Source: Candidatus Curtissbacteria bacterium RIFCSPLOWO2_01_FULL_41_18
GTDB lineage: Bacteria; Patescibacteriota; Microgenomatia; Curtissbacterales; GWA2-41-24
Direction: 5' to 3'
DNA length: 41,554 nucleotides
NCBI GenBank assembly: GCA_001776475.1
Contig: MFBQ01000025.1
Coordinates: forward strand, 1 to 41,554
Shown: piece after piece, positions 13,709-22,774 of the stretch
Position numbering within the stretch: the first letter of the stretch is position 1
Layout of the letters: each line of letters starts with the position of its first letter
Notes under the pieces: generated by a model
The model's database searches: none
What the model was told of the DNA's origin: nothing
The model's input: the letters and a program-made list of their open reading frames with translations, nothing else
Translations under genes and position numbers: made by a program

Positions 13709-14734
13709 TCACATCCATGTTCTTAAAGCAAGTCCAGTCGCAATACAATAAAAACTGCCTTGACCCACCAATTTAAGTACCAGCCCTTCTTTTGCAAAAT
13801 CCTGCCAAGGATCGCCCAGCGAAACCTCAAGACCCGTCCGCTCCGTTAAAAACTCCGATAACCCCGGCAAATAAGCCCCGCCTCCACAAACTACGATATT
13901 GGCAAACTGATAATCCTTCATATGACTCTTTGTAAATTCAATCGCCTTAAGAATTTCATTAATTAACACCTCTAAAATTGGTCTCAAAACGGAAGAAACT
14001 TTACCTGAAAGCTTATCTTTGAGAATCCCATAGGCCTTTTTATACTCTTCGGCTTGATTTTGAGGTAGGCCAAACTCCGCAACTATAGCTCGTGTTAGAG
14101 CTAAACCACCGGTTGCGATTGACCTTGTAAATATCGGGCCCCCATTTTGAACAATCACAAGCTCCGTAGAATATGCACCCAATGTGGCAATCAATATGGG
14201 CGAATCTTCAGCTTTCGTAAGGGCTCTAGCCAATGCCGTCGATTCTGTCTCGACAGCACTAAGAGTCAAACCTGCATCTTTGACAATCTTTGAATATTTT
14301 TTTATCACTCTCAAGGGCGCAGCTACCAAAAGAACCTGCATCTTATTGTCCGAGTCGCGCTGTGGCCTAGAAACAATTTTATATTGAAGATTCACCTCTT
14401 TTAGCGGAAGCGGGATATATTGGTCTGCCTCGTAATTAATCGCCGAAGCCAGTTCCTTATCAGTCAAATCCGGCATTTCAATCAGTCTTGTTACCGCTTG
14501 TGATTCGACTAAAGAAACGGTACATTTTTCTCCTTCGACCTTTGCATTTTCGACACAAACCTTAACCGCCTCCGAAACTTTTTTAAGCTCAATAGGTGAT
14601 TCCTGCTGGATTCCCCCGGAAGGTATAGGCAAACTTGCCGCAGCAGTTAATATTTTTTTACTACCCAAACTCTTAACTTGAACCACTTTGACAAAAGATC
14701 TGCCTATATCAAGACCAAAAGTTTGATCAGTCAT
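13709..14734 (-). CDS. pilM: Type IV pilus assembly protein PilM (actin-like ATPase fold)
   Basis: FGLDIGRSFVKVVQV N-terminus, a VVCGGGAYLPGLSEFL phosphate-binding block, 341 aa. Confidence 0.85.
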   Translation of the reverse strand: MTDQTFGLDIGRSFVKVVQVKSLGSKKILTAAASLPIPSGGIQQESPIELKKVSEAVKVCVENAKVEGEKCTVSLVESQAVTRLIEMPDLTDKELASAINYEADQYIPLPLKEVNLQYKIVSRPQRDSDNKMQVLLVAAPLRVIKKYSKIVKDAGLTLSAVETESTALARALTKAEDSPILIATLGAYSTELVIVQNGGPIFTRSIATGGLALTRAIVAEFGLPQNQAEEYKKAYGILKDKLSGKVSSVLRPILEVLINEILKAIEFTKSHMKDYQFANIVVCGGGAYLPGLSEFLTERTGLEVSLGDPWQDFAKEGLVLKLVGQGSFYCIATGLALRTWM

Positions 14735-14741
14735 ATTCCAA

Positions 14742-14999
14742 TTATTGTGACGAGGGACTACTTTCCAAGATTGGCTGGGCAGATGAAGTCGCAGGACTGG
14801 GCGAAGAAGAGGTCTGAATCTGGTTTGGTGGAGGCAATTTTTTTACTGCATCATCAATAACCTTAGAATCAATTTGTCTTCCGGCAGGTGTCAAAGATTC
14901 ATTTTTTGTCTTAGATGCAAAAAAGATTAAAAGAAGCGCCGGCACAATAACAGCACTAAGTCCAACTATAGAAAGTATTACTTTACCTTTTTTCTCCAT
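14742..14999 (-). CDS. Small membrane-anchored Ser/Pro-rich protein, hypothetical
   Basis: ORF of 85 aa with one TM helix (VILSIVGLSAVIVPALLLIFF), packed between the PilX-like gene and pilM. Confidence 0.5.
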   Translation of the reverse strand: MEKKGKVILSIVGLSAVIVPALLLIFFASKTKNESLTPAGRQIDSKVIDDAVKKLPPPNQIQTSSSPSPATSSAQPILESSPSSQ

Positions 15000-15003
15000 G
15001 GCT

Positions 15004-15795
15004 TTACTTAATTATATTCCCTTCAGAATAAAGAACGTAGTCAAAGATAGCCGGCAGCTGTGGTAGTGCCGTACGACTTACTTGAACCTTTCTGGTAATT
15101 CCTGCCTGCGTATGGACTTCAGATATGATGTCATATGTTTGCACCGGTAAATTCGGCCCAGACACCCGCACAGTTGTTGATGCAAAAAAAGGCTTTATCC
15201 TCAAGATCTTAGCATTGGCTTTGGCATCAATTAATACACATTTGGCAAATCCCGATGCCGGCGAACAGCCTAACGAAAAGCCACTTGGATTAGAGTTAAT
15301 AACTTCATTGCCGCCTCTCGTTCCAGGCTGACCTTGTAAATACCACCTTTCCTGATTTAATGGATTCCCGTAAAATTGGGCAACTTCAATCGAGGCCGGT
15401 CCGTCGCCTGTTATCTCAGCGCTACCTCTAGCCCAGTCTATTTGAACACTGCCAGAGTTAACTCCAGCCAAATCAATTTGAGCTACGTTACCTAAATCTA
15501 TTGTGCTTTCATAAATGGTAAAACCTTGGACATTGACATTAGCGCTTAAATCGCCAACAGGCACATTAGCGGCAATACCGCTAGTTATATTTGGATTGCT
15601 GGCATAACTTCCAAAATTTGAAAGTACGTTCTCAACACCGCCTTCTGCCGCAGTAAACGCTCTCTGAGACTGATCAGTTTGAGTTGCTGTCCTCAAATTT
15701 GTGATGTTCCTTGATGCAACTGAAAGCCCTACAGCTAAGGCCACTACCACTATTAAAAGAACCAGAATTAAAATTTGTCCGCTTTTTAAATACAT
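15004..15795 (-). CDS. PilX-like pilus-associated protein
   Basis: N-terminal hydrophobic helix followed by QSQRAFTAAEGGVENVL, which resembles the PilX N-terminal pattern. It lies after three prepilin-type genes. Confidence 0.5.
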   Translation of the reverse strand: MYLKSGQILILVLLIVVVALAVGLSVASRNITNLRTATQTDQSQRAFTAAEGGVENVLSNFGSYASNPNITSGIAANVPVGDLSANVNVQGFTIYESTIDLGNVAQIDLAGVNSGSVQIDWARGSAEITGDGPASIEVAQFYGNPLNQERWYLQGQPGTRGGNEVINSNPSGFSLGCSPASGFAKCVLIDAKANAKILRIKPFFASTTVRVSGPNLPVQTYDIISEVHTQAGITRKVQVSRTALPQLPAIFDYVLYSEGNIIK

Positions 15796-15876
15796 CAGCC
15801 CTTACCTCCAGTCTAGCGAGCATGCTATTAACGTGTCAATATAAGATAAGTTCGCAAATCATTTTTGCACCCTGCC

Positions 15877-16527
15877 TTAATACCTTCTCAACGAAATTGT
15901 TGTTTGCAGGGACACACTGGCCACATAATCTTGTCTTGAAGGCGCTTCTAGCCCCTGAGAGACGATAAATTTAATTGAAACCACAGCCGGCATTGCTTGC
16001 CCTTCGGCAGAAAATCCGGCAGGAAACGCCCTAAAATCACAGTTTGTAATATTGGCACCATTTATTTTGTCGGTATTGGTCAGATCGACATACTGACTAT
16101 CAGGTGGGCTATCTCCAGTAGCCGTAGCAATTCGCCCGTTTTTACTAGAGGTGGGCGAAAAACATTTAATATGCAGGGGCGCATCGGGATCAACACGAAC
16201 CAATTTTATATGGTTATAAGGCGGTGGCGGACAAGGCGCGCTAAAACAGGTTGTTGCATCTTTTGCACCTCTAATCTGTCGCTCGACAGAGTCTAAAACT
16301 ACCTGGCCGTTCTGCTTTACCTCAGCCGTTATCGTCGACTGATTAGATCCCTTCAAAACCGAGTTCAAGAAAAGAACGGTTGAAGAAACAGTCACGGCCA
16401 AAATTCCTAAAACAACCAAAAACTCAATAAGCGTAAAGCCTGCTTTGTAAACGGCAAACGGCAAACTGCAAACTGCCTTTTCAGTCCTACCAGCTGTAAG
16501 CTGCAAGCTGTAAGCGGAGTTGGGCAT
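15877..16527 (-). CDS. Prepilin-type minor pilin (PilW-like by position)
   Basis: Class III signal motif KAG|FTLIEFLVVLGILAV. The 28-aa leader of the longest ORF is made of tandem 7-mers. A TTG at 16464 would give the short leader MPFAVYKAG. Confidence 0.8.
   Translation of the reverse strand: MPNSAYSLQLTAGRTEKAVCSLPFAVYKAGFTLIEFLVVLGILAVTVSSTVLFLNSVLKGSNQSTITAEVKQNGQVVLDSVERQIRGAKDATTCFSAPCPPPPYNHIKLVRVDPDAPLHIKCFSPTSSKNGRIATATGDSPPDSQYVDLTNTDKINGANITNCDFRAFPAGFSAEGQAMPAVVSIKFIVSQGLEAPSRQDYVASVSLQTTISLRRY
16450..16519. repeat. Tandem 7-mer arrays at the 5' end of the minor pilin gene
   Basis: On the plus strand: AAACGGC AAACGGC AAACTGC AAACTGC (16450-16477) and AGCTGTA AGCTGCA AGCTGTA AGCGGAG (16492-16519). 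Confidence 0.75.
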
Positions 16528-16570
16528 TAATTAAACTATAACAAAGAGAAAACTCAAAAAACAGCGGCTT

Positions 16571-17044
16571 CTACGGCGATGGCGACGACATCTCCCACTT
16601 ACTCAAAAATGTTTGGTCTTTAACAGTCTGAATCCCTCCGGGTTCACTCCAAGTAACCGTAACGATCACTAATTTCAAACTACCTCCATTGTCATCAATT
16701 TCTATTTTCCTATTGAAACTAGTGTTATTTAATTCGATAGCCTCACCTTCAGCACCTGCAGCACAATCATTCAATTTCCACTTAACAGGGTCAACATCGC
16801 TACTATCGAGAGTCAGACACAACCTAGTTCGTAGAGCGCTAAAACCCTGGCGATCACGAAATACCCTAATCTTTTCGATACTCTCTTGAGTAAGTTTTGT
16901 TGCCGCATTATTATTTTTTGCAGTTCTGGCTGTCTTTTGAGTTATTAGACTTGTTGAAATTAAAGACACAGCCAATACTACAATAACACCCAAACTAACC
17001 ACTACTTCAATTAAAGATTGACCCCGCTTAAATCTTTTTCTCAT
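16571..17044 (-). CDS. Prepilin-type minor pilin (PilV-like by position)
   Basis: N-terminal MRKRFKRG|QSLIEVVVSLGVIVVLAV methylation motif. It overlaps the upstream gene by 17 nt. Confidence 0.8.
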   Translation of the reverse strand: MRKRFKRGQSLIEVVVSLGVIVVLAVSLISTSLITQKTARTAKNNNAATKLTQESIEKIRVFRDRQGFSALRTRLCLTLDSSDVDPVKWKLNDCAAGAEGEAIELNNTSFNRKIEIDDNGGSLKLVIVTVTWSEPGGIQTVKDQTFLSKWEMSSPSP

Positions 17045-17705
17045 TTACTTCACCGGAAGGTTTAACAATAACTTGATATCTTGCCATGCCGGAACTTGTT
17101 AGCTCTATTATCAAATCATTGGAACTTGTTATCGGCGAGTTAAGAATCTCCGGATTTGTATTATCAATGAAATCTACGGAACCCATTATTCCAAAAAACT
17201 CAACGCCTTGTGCCAAGGGCCTAAAAAGAATATTAACTTCGCTTCTGTCGCTTCCGTAATTTAGTCTGGTAATTCTGATACCGTCAGGCAAATTAACAGG
17301 CTTGGAATTAAAATCAGCCTCAGCCGCGCCGCTCAGACAGTCGCCGGCGTATCGATAACTTGTATTGCTGCCCGTGCTGAACTCAAGATACCACCCTCCA
17401 AGAATTGAAGGAGAAACACAGCCACCCGCGCCAGGAACTCCTTTGTCACCGGAAAGTGCTTTATTTTGAACATAGCGGACATCGTTTTTGAGGGTTAGTG
17501 CAGCATTTTTAAGCCTTTGACCACGCTCAAAAGTCAGATAATAGGTGGTTACCAGTGACCCTGCCAATCCCATGAGAGATATGACAATCAAAAGTTCAAT
17601 GAGAGTAAAGCCAAAACTTAATTGTTGAATTGTTAAATTGTTGAATTGTCTTTTTTGTTTTGCCAATTTAGCTATGTAGCAATTTAGCAATATAGCAATT
17701 GTCAC
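17028..17705 (-). CDS. Prepilin-type minor pilin (FimT/GspH-like by position)
   Basis: SFG|FTLIELLIVISLMGLAG motif. The long leader is built of tandem 8-mers. A TTG at 17666 would give the leader MAKQKRQFNNLTIQQLSFG. Confidence 0.8.
   Translation of the reverse strand: MTIAILLNCYIAKLAKQKRQFNNLTIQQLSFGFTLIELLIVISLMGLAGSLVTTYYLTFERGQRLKNAALTLKNDVRYVQNKALSGDKGVPGAGGCVSPSILGGWYLEFSTGSNTSYRYAGDCLSGAAEADFNSKPVNLPDGIRITRLNYGSDRSEVNILFRPLAQGVEFFGIMGSVDFIDNTNPEILNSPITSSNDLIIELTSSGMARYQVIVKPSGEVNEKKI
17630..17704. repeat. Tandem 8-mer arrays at the 5' end of the minor pilin gene
   Basis: On the plus strand: AATTGTTG AATTGTTA AATTGTTG AATTGTCT (17630-17661) and CAATTTAG...CAATTTAG CAATATAG CAATTGTC (17664-17704). 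Confidence 0.75.
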
Positions 17706-17710
17706 TAATT

Positions 17711-18496
17711 CTAATATAGCATTAATAAATACCAGTTAATAATTGGTGTTGCCCAAAAAAGACTTATCAAAAATCCAAATACCAGAAAAGGTGCAAAAGG
17801 CACCGTTTGGCCAAAGCGCTTTCTGCCCAAGGCAATAAGTAACACGGAAATCAAAGCACCACCTAAGAATGCTAAAAAAACCGCCAGTATCGTTGCCTTA
17901 ATCCCCAATGTTATCCCTATCAAAAAAGCAAGACTTATATCTCCCTGGCCCATACCACGCCCAAAAGTAACCAAAACTATCATCAAAAAAAATAGGCTTG
18001 CGAAAAATCCGGCAAAAACATGCTCGACAAAGAGATTTGATGGGAGAGAGAAGTAGTTATAGAACAAAGATACAAAAGAGCAAGCAAACACCAATGTTGT
18101 TGGTATAAGCGAGAATTTAAGATCGATTACGAAAACCACTATCATTGCCGAAACTAAGAAAAGGTAGTAAAGGACTAAACCCAATGAGAATGTAGCCGAA
18201 GAAATTAGGATCCACAAAGTAAGGCTGAAAAGCAGGCCGGTAGAAAGCTCAACAATAGGATACTGCCATGAAAGAGGCTTCTTGCAATAACGGCACCTTG
18301 CAGAAAGCAGTATAAAACTCAAGATTGGGATTAAGTCGAAAGTTCTAAGAGTAGCCTTGCAGTGATCACAATAAGACCTGTTTATGGCCAAAATATTCTC
18401 GCGCCTTATACTCCTGTCTATTACAACATTCAAAAAACTTCCAATTGCAGAGCCAACGATAAAACCAGCTAGCAGATAGAGAAACACTAAAATCAA
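17711..18496 (-). CDS. pilD: Prepilin peptidase (A24 family)
   Basis: Zinc-binding CDHC...CRYC pairs, multiple TM helices, and a GQGDISLAF catalytic Asp block. Confidence 0.9.
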   Translation of the reverse strand: MILVFLYLLAGFIVGSAIGSFLNVVIDRSIRRENILAINRSYCDHCKATLRTFDLIPILSFILLSARCRYCKKPLSWQYPIVELSTGLLFSLTLWILISSATFSLGLVLYYLFLVSAMIVVFVIDLKFSLIPTTLVFACSFVSLFYNYFSLPSNLFVEHVFAGFFASLFFLMIVLVTFGRGMGQGDISLAFLIGITLGIKATILAVFLAFLGGALISVLLIALGRKRFGQTVPFAPFLVFGFLISLFWATPIINWYLLMLY

Positions 18497-18573
18497 GGAT
18501 AGCCAAAGTGAGTTGCCTTTTACAAGTATTAGAAAGAGAAACCAAAAGGTGATTTTTGGTAAACTAGCTTAAA

Positions 18574-20757
18574 GTGATGGGAGAAAAGTTAATTAAGTTC
18601 TGGCCATTTTTAACAATAACTTTTGTAATTTTTGCCTTTTTCTTTAAACTTTTTTGGCCTCTTTCAATTTTTATAACCCCGGATTATGGCCGCAGCGACA
18701 GCTGGCATTTATCAATTGCCAATAAATATTATTTGCAGGAAGAGCTCAAAAAAAATCGCATTCCGATTTGGAATCCTTCAATCGGCACAGGATTCCCTAC
18801 ATTAGCAGAAGGTCAGACTGGAATATTTTTTCTCCCAAATATCGTATTGTTTCGGCTTTTCCCGTTTGTGTTTGCCTATAATTTGGATCTGGCCCTCACC
18901 TTTCTAATTGCATCTTTGGGAACGTATCTCTTTGCAAGATCAGTAAATTTATCTAAACTACCGTCAACTTATGCAGCTCTAGTCTTTGCATTAAGCGGCT
19001 TCTTAGTCGTTCATGTCCAACATTTACACCTTGCACAAACTGCATCGCTGATGCCTTTATTATTTTGGGCTGTCAATGAGTTTTCCAAAAAAAAACAGTT
19101 CTTCTATTTGTTGATACTTTCTTTAGTAATCTCCCAACAGTTATTTGCCGGTTTTCCTCAACTCGTCTTCTATGGCTTAGTAGCTCTGTTGATCTACTCA
19201 ATATCTATATCCTTTTCTATATTTAAAAGGGCATCAGTTCAAATTAAATTTCTTATCTTGATAGCCTCGGCAGTAATCCTTGGTTTTTTAATTTCGGCAG
19301 TACAAGTCTTACCAACCGCCGAACTTTTGAAATTGTCATCAAGACAAGGCAATCCCCGCCAAGTTCTCTCGCAATTTCCTTATAAAGGGGCTAATCTACT
19401 CCAATTTCTTAACCCCTTTATATTAGGTTCTCCCAAAGACGCTACTTACCCACGATGGGTTCCCGGCAAATGGGGAATATTTTGGGAAAATACTGCCTAC
19501 GTCGGGATTTTGCCCTTGGCTCTGGCATTAACAGTTATTGTCAGATCTTTGCTAAAACGCACTAAAAAATTTTATATAAGCTATTCACTGTCACTAATAA
19601 CACTCGTATCAGTTCTTTTTGCCCTAGGAGAGTTATCACCGCTTCATCCAGTTTTCTCATTCCCGCCTTTTTCTATATTTCGAGTACCGTCAAGATTCTT
19701 GCTGGTAACTCAATTTGGCCTTGTTGTTCTTTCAGCAATTTGTCTTCAAAAGATAACCAATAAAAAAATTGCCAACAGAAAAATTATCGCAGCAATTATC
19801 TTAGCGTTATCTGTTATAAATTTATTCTGGCTCTTTTTCTCCTATAATCCGGTGGGTAAGGCCCAAGATTGGTTCGCAAACCCCAAAACCGCCTCATTTC
19901 TGAAAGAAACAGCTCATCAAAGAATTTATTCTACGGGCCATCCAATTCCGTGGAATAAACATTTCCTATCTGGTGGCTGGCATGATACATCCTATTATTT
20001 TTTTGCCAGAAATAGCCTAGACCAGAACTCAAATTTAATTTATGCAATAGACCAATTTGGCGCCTATGAAAGCCTGCCTACTCAAAGAGAAGATGTAACA
20101 GACACGATAATATTAAACGGAATCGGTATGGGAGAAGGCCAACAAACAGTTCCCAAAAATACCGCACGACTGCTTGCCTCTCTCAATGTCAGCCATATCA
20201 TCACCCCCTATGAAATAAAAAGTGCCTTCTTCGAAAAAAAGTTCGAAACAAAAGATGATAATGACAACAAGTTTAAAGTTTTTGAAAACACCATAAAGCC
20301 GCAAAGAGTACTAATTACCAATAAATACCAAATTGCCCAAACCGTTCCCGAAATAACCCAAAAAATAACCCAATTCAGTTTCGATCCTTTCTCTCAAACT
20401 GTCCTGGAGGAAGATCCTCATCTTGACAGTAAAGATCCACTCGTCTCTTCTTCGGCAATTGTCCAAGAAACCTCAACCCAGGTTGAAATTAACGCAAGCT
20501 CAAGCGCTGAAGCACTTCTAGTTCTGGCAGATAGCTATTACCCCGGTTGGCAGGCTTATGTCAATAACCAGCCAACGCCAATTTTTGCGGCCAATATTAA
20601 TACCAGGGCAGTAAAAATCCCCAGCGGCCAAAGTACTGTGATTTTTAAATACCAACCAAAAAGTCTGCAGCTGGGCCTGTTAATTTCCGTACTTTCAACC
20701 GTACTACTTTGTTTTTTATTTTTAAAATGGAGAACCAAAACAATTAGCGGAATTTAG
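18574..20757 (+). CDS. YfhO-like polytopic membrane glycosyltransferase
   Basis: About 12 or more TM helices and a C-terminal block ADSYYPGWQAYVNNQPTPIFAANINTRAVKIPSGQSTVIFKYQP, typical of the YfhO family, followed by a final TM helix. Confidence 0.7.
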   Translation: MMGEKLIKFWPFLTITFVIFAFFFKLFWPLSIFITPDYGRSDSWHLSIANKYYLQEELKKNRIPIWNPSIGTGFPTLAEGQTGIFFLPNIVLFRLFPFVFAYNLDLALTFLIASLGTYLFARSVNLSKLPSTYAALVFALSGFLVVHVQHLHLAQTASLMPLLFWAVNEFSKKKQFFYLLILSLVISQQLFAGFPQLVFYGLVALLIYSISISFSIFKRASVQIKFLILIASAVILGFLISAVQVLPTAELLKLSSRQGNPRQVLSQFPYKGANLLQFLNPFILGSPKDATYPRWVPGKWGIFWENTAYVGILPLALALTVIVRSLLKRTKKFYISYSLSLITLVSVLFALGELSPLHPVFSFPPFSIFRVPSRFLLVTQFGLVVLSAICLQKITNKKIANRKIIAAIILALSVINLFWLFFSYNPVGKAQDWFANPKTASFLKETAHQRIYSTGHPIPWNKHFLSGGWHDTSYYFFARNSLDQNSNLIYAIDQFGAYESLPTQREDVTDTIILNGIGMGEGQQTVPKNTARLLASLNVSHIITPYEIKSAFFEKKFETKDDNDNKFKVFENTIKPQRVLITNKYQIAQTVPEITQKITQFSFDPFSQTVLEEDPHLDSKDPLVSSSAIVQETSTQVEINASSSAEALLVLADSYYPGWQAYVNNQPTPIFAANINTRAVKIPSGQSTVIFKYQPKSLQLGLLISVLSTVLLCFLFLKWRTKTISGI

Positions 20758-22774
20758 ATTCACCCTTGCGTTTTTCGCTATCTAATTTATCTTGCCAGAC
20801 TTTGACGGCATTTTTATCACAATCTTGCGAGAACCTAACAAGGCTTTGCAACACATCAATGCTATGTGAATTGACGACATATGCCTGTATATAGGCGCTT
20901 TTGGCACCTTCACAATCCGAAAGTTTCATGTAAGCGTCGCCCGAACCTATTAATGCTCCCGTTTTATCGGAAAGTAATTCGGAAAGTAATAGGGAAGCAT
21001 TCCTGAAATACGCTTGAGATTCACGGACAAAACCGCGAGCTAGCATTTCATTACCGACCCCAACAAGCGAAAAATAATACAATTCTTTGATATGCTCGGG
21101 AATAAAATGCGTATAGCCAAAATTGGCCCCGAAGTCTTTAAGATTAAATTGCGAGTAGGCTTTAGTGTTAAGATTAAGTACAGTTTCAGAATCCACATCA
21201 TCTTTTTCCAGCTTGTTCAAAAGACCTACGGGCAGCCAAACGTACCCCTTTTTTATAGGCGGTTGAAAACCTAGAGAATAAATCGCAAGCTTACCTAGAT
21301 TAGATTTAATAAGTTCAGTCATAAAGTAGGCACTCTCTGCGTCAGTAAACTCTGCAAAATTATCAGGGAAAGTAAGATCCGGGTATTCTCGCATCAATTG
21401 TTGTCGATAATCCAAGTGTCGCAGCAGCCCTCCAGCAATCACTTTGCGGTCGCCAAAGTCGCTGCTTGTATAAAAAACGTACTGCGTATTAAATACCAGC
21501 GTGTCATCAAACAGAAAAAGCATTGAGCCCGGTTCGCTTGAAACAAGCGCATCATGCCCCAGCCAATCTCCCAGTTTAAAACCGGACAAATCAGTTTTAG
21601 GGTAGTTAACCAATAAAAGGGTTAAGGGAAATGCCAAAAATGACAAGCCAAAGATTAAAAATACCACCTCGCGTTTTATAAAACTCAACCTTATCTTCTT
21701 CAAAAATTTATCGACAATAAATTCAAAGACTGCCACAACGCCAAATGCCAAAAAAATCGCCAGGAAAAAGTAGCTTAAAAGCAAAAACCTTTCCCATATT
21801 CCAAAGAGGAAACTGCCGCTAAGAGCAAAACTGGCATAAGCCAAAAAAAACGGCCCGCTAAAAAAAGCGGCCAAAAAAAGAAACCAAAAAAGAACCTTTT
21901 CCCGCTTTATAAGATAAACTGCTCCTAAAATCATAAGCAATATTCCAAAAAGTGTGAAATCCGATTTTACGAAACCAAAATAGGATAAAACCTGCCAGAC
22001 TCTCTCGCCAGCTCGCGCCCCAACAAAGCTCTTTGAAGCGATAAAAGACCCATAGTCTGCGCGAGTTACCAATCTTGCGAAATGGTCTAAATTTGAAGCA
22101 TCGGTCCAATTTATAGGCGTTTTTCGCAAAGCCGCAAAAGGCACATAAATGTAGGGGGTAAATCCCAAAAGGAAAAAGCCGAAAAGTTTAAGTAAAGATT
22201 TAAGTTTGCCAAATATCTTTTTATCGGTTTTATAAATCAAGAAAAAATATGCCGGTGCCAGAAGAACCGATGTCTGATGGTGAAAAACGGCAAGACCCCA
22301 AAAAAGAAATGCTAAATAGAGGAATTTTATCTCGCCCCTTTTTTTGCTAAAAGACTGTCGCCATAAAATTAGAAAATAACAACTAATACTTACAAGCAGC
22401 AAATTAAGCTGAAAAACTTCGGCAACGTGAGCATACAACCAGAAAAGGGGAGTAAAGGCTAAAATGAAGACAGCGGAAAGAGATGCAAAAATGTTTTTGG
22501 TGAGTTTATAAAGTGTCAAAAAAACAACTCCAACAACCAAACTTTGAACAATTGCCATCATCAAATTAGCCTTGTAGGCGACACTTATCCCAACCGGTAG
22601 GTGGGTGAAAATCCAGCCAATCATGGTATTGAGAGGATATCCCGGAGGATGGGCAACACCGCCAAAATAAGCAGCTAAAATAATATCGCCGGAATCTCCT
22701 CCATAAACTGAGGGAGATACACCCAAGATATAAATCGAAAATGTAAAAAATGAAATTAATAAGAAAATCAGCAT
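20744..22774 (-). CDS. DUF2723/TMEM260-like GT-C membrane protein with a C-terminal TPR-like region
   Basis: N-terminal signature SVYGGDSGDIILAAYFGGVAHPPGYPL, many TM helices, and a soluble helical C-terminus. Its 3' end overlaps the convergent YfhO-like gene by 14 nt. Confidence 0.7.
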   Translation of the reverse strand: MLIFLLISFFTFSIYILGVSPSVYGGDSGDIILAAYFGGVAHPPGYPLNTMIGWIFTHLPVGISVAYKANLMMAIVQSLVVGVVFLTLYKLTKNIFASLSAVFILAFTPLFWLYAHVAEVFQLNLLLVSISCYFLILWRQSFSKKRGEIKFLYLAFLFWGLAVFHHQTSVLLAPAYFFLIYKTDKKIFGKLKSLLKLFGFFLLGFTPYIYVPFAALRKTPINWTDASNLDHFARLVTRADYGSFIASKSFVGARAGERVWQVLSYFGFVKSDFTLFGILLMILGAVYLIKREKVLFWFLFLAAFFSGPFFLAYASFALSGSFLFGIWERFLLLSYFFLAIFLAFGVVAVFEFIVDKFLKKIRLSFIKREVVFLIFGLSFLAFPLTLLLVNYPKTDLSGFKLGDWLGHDALVSSEPGSMLFLFDDTLVFNTQYVFYTSSDFGDRKVIAGGLLRHLDYRQQLMREYPDLTFPDNFAEFTDAESAYFMTELIKSNLGKLAIYSLGFQPPIKKGYVWLPVGLLNKLEKDDVDSETVLNLNTKAYSQFNLKDFGANFGYTHFIPEHIKELYYFSLVGVGNEMLARGFVRESQAYFRNASLLLSELLSDKTGALIGSGDAYMKLSDCEGAKSAYIQAYVVNSHSIDVLQSLVRFSQDCDKNAVKVWQDKLDSEKRKGESKFR

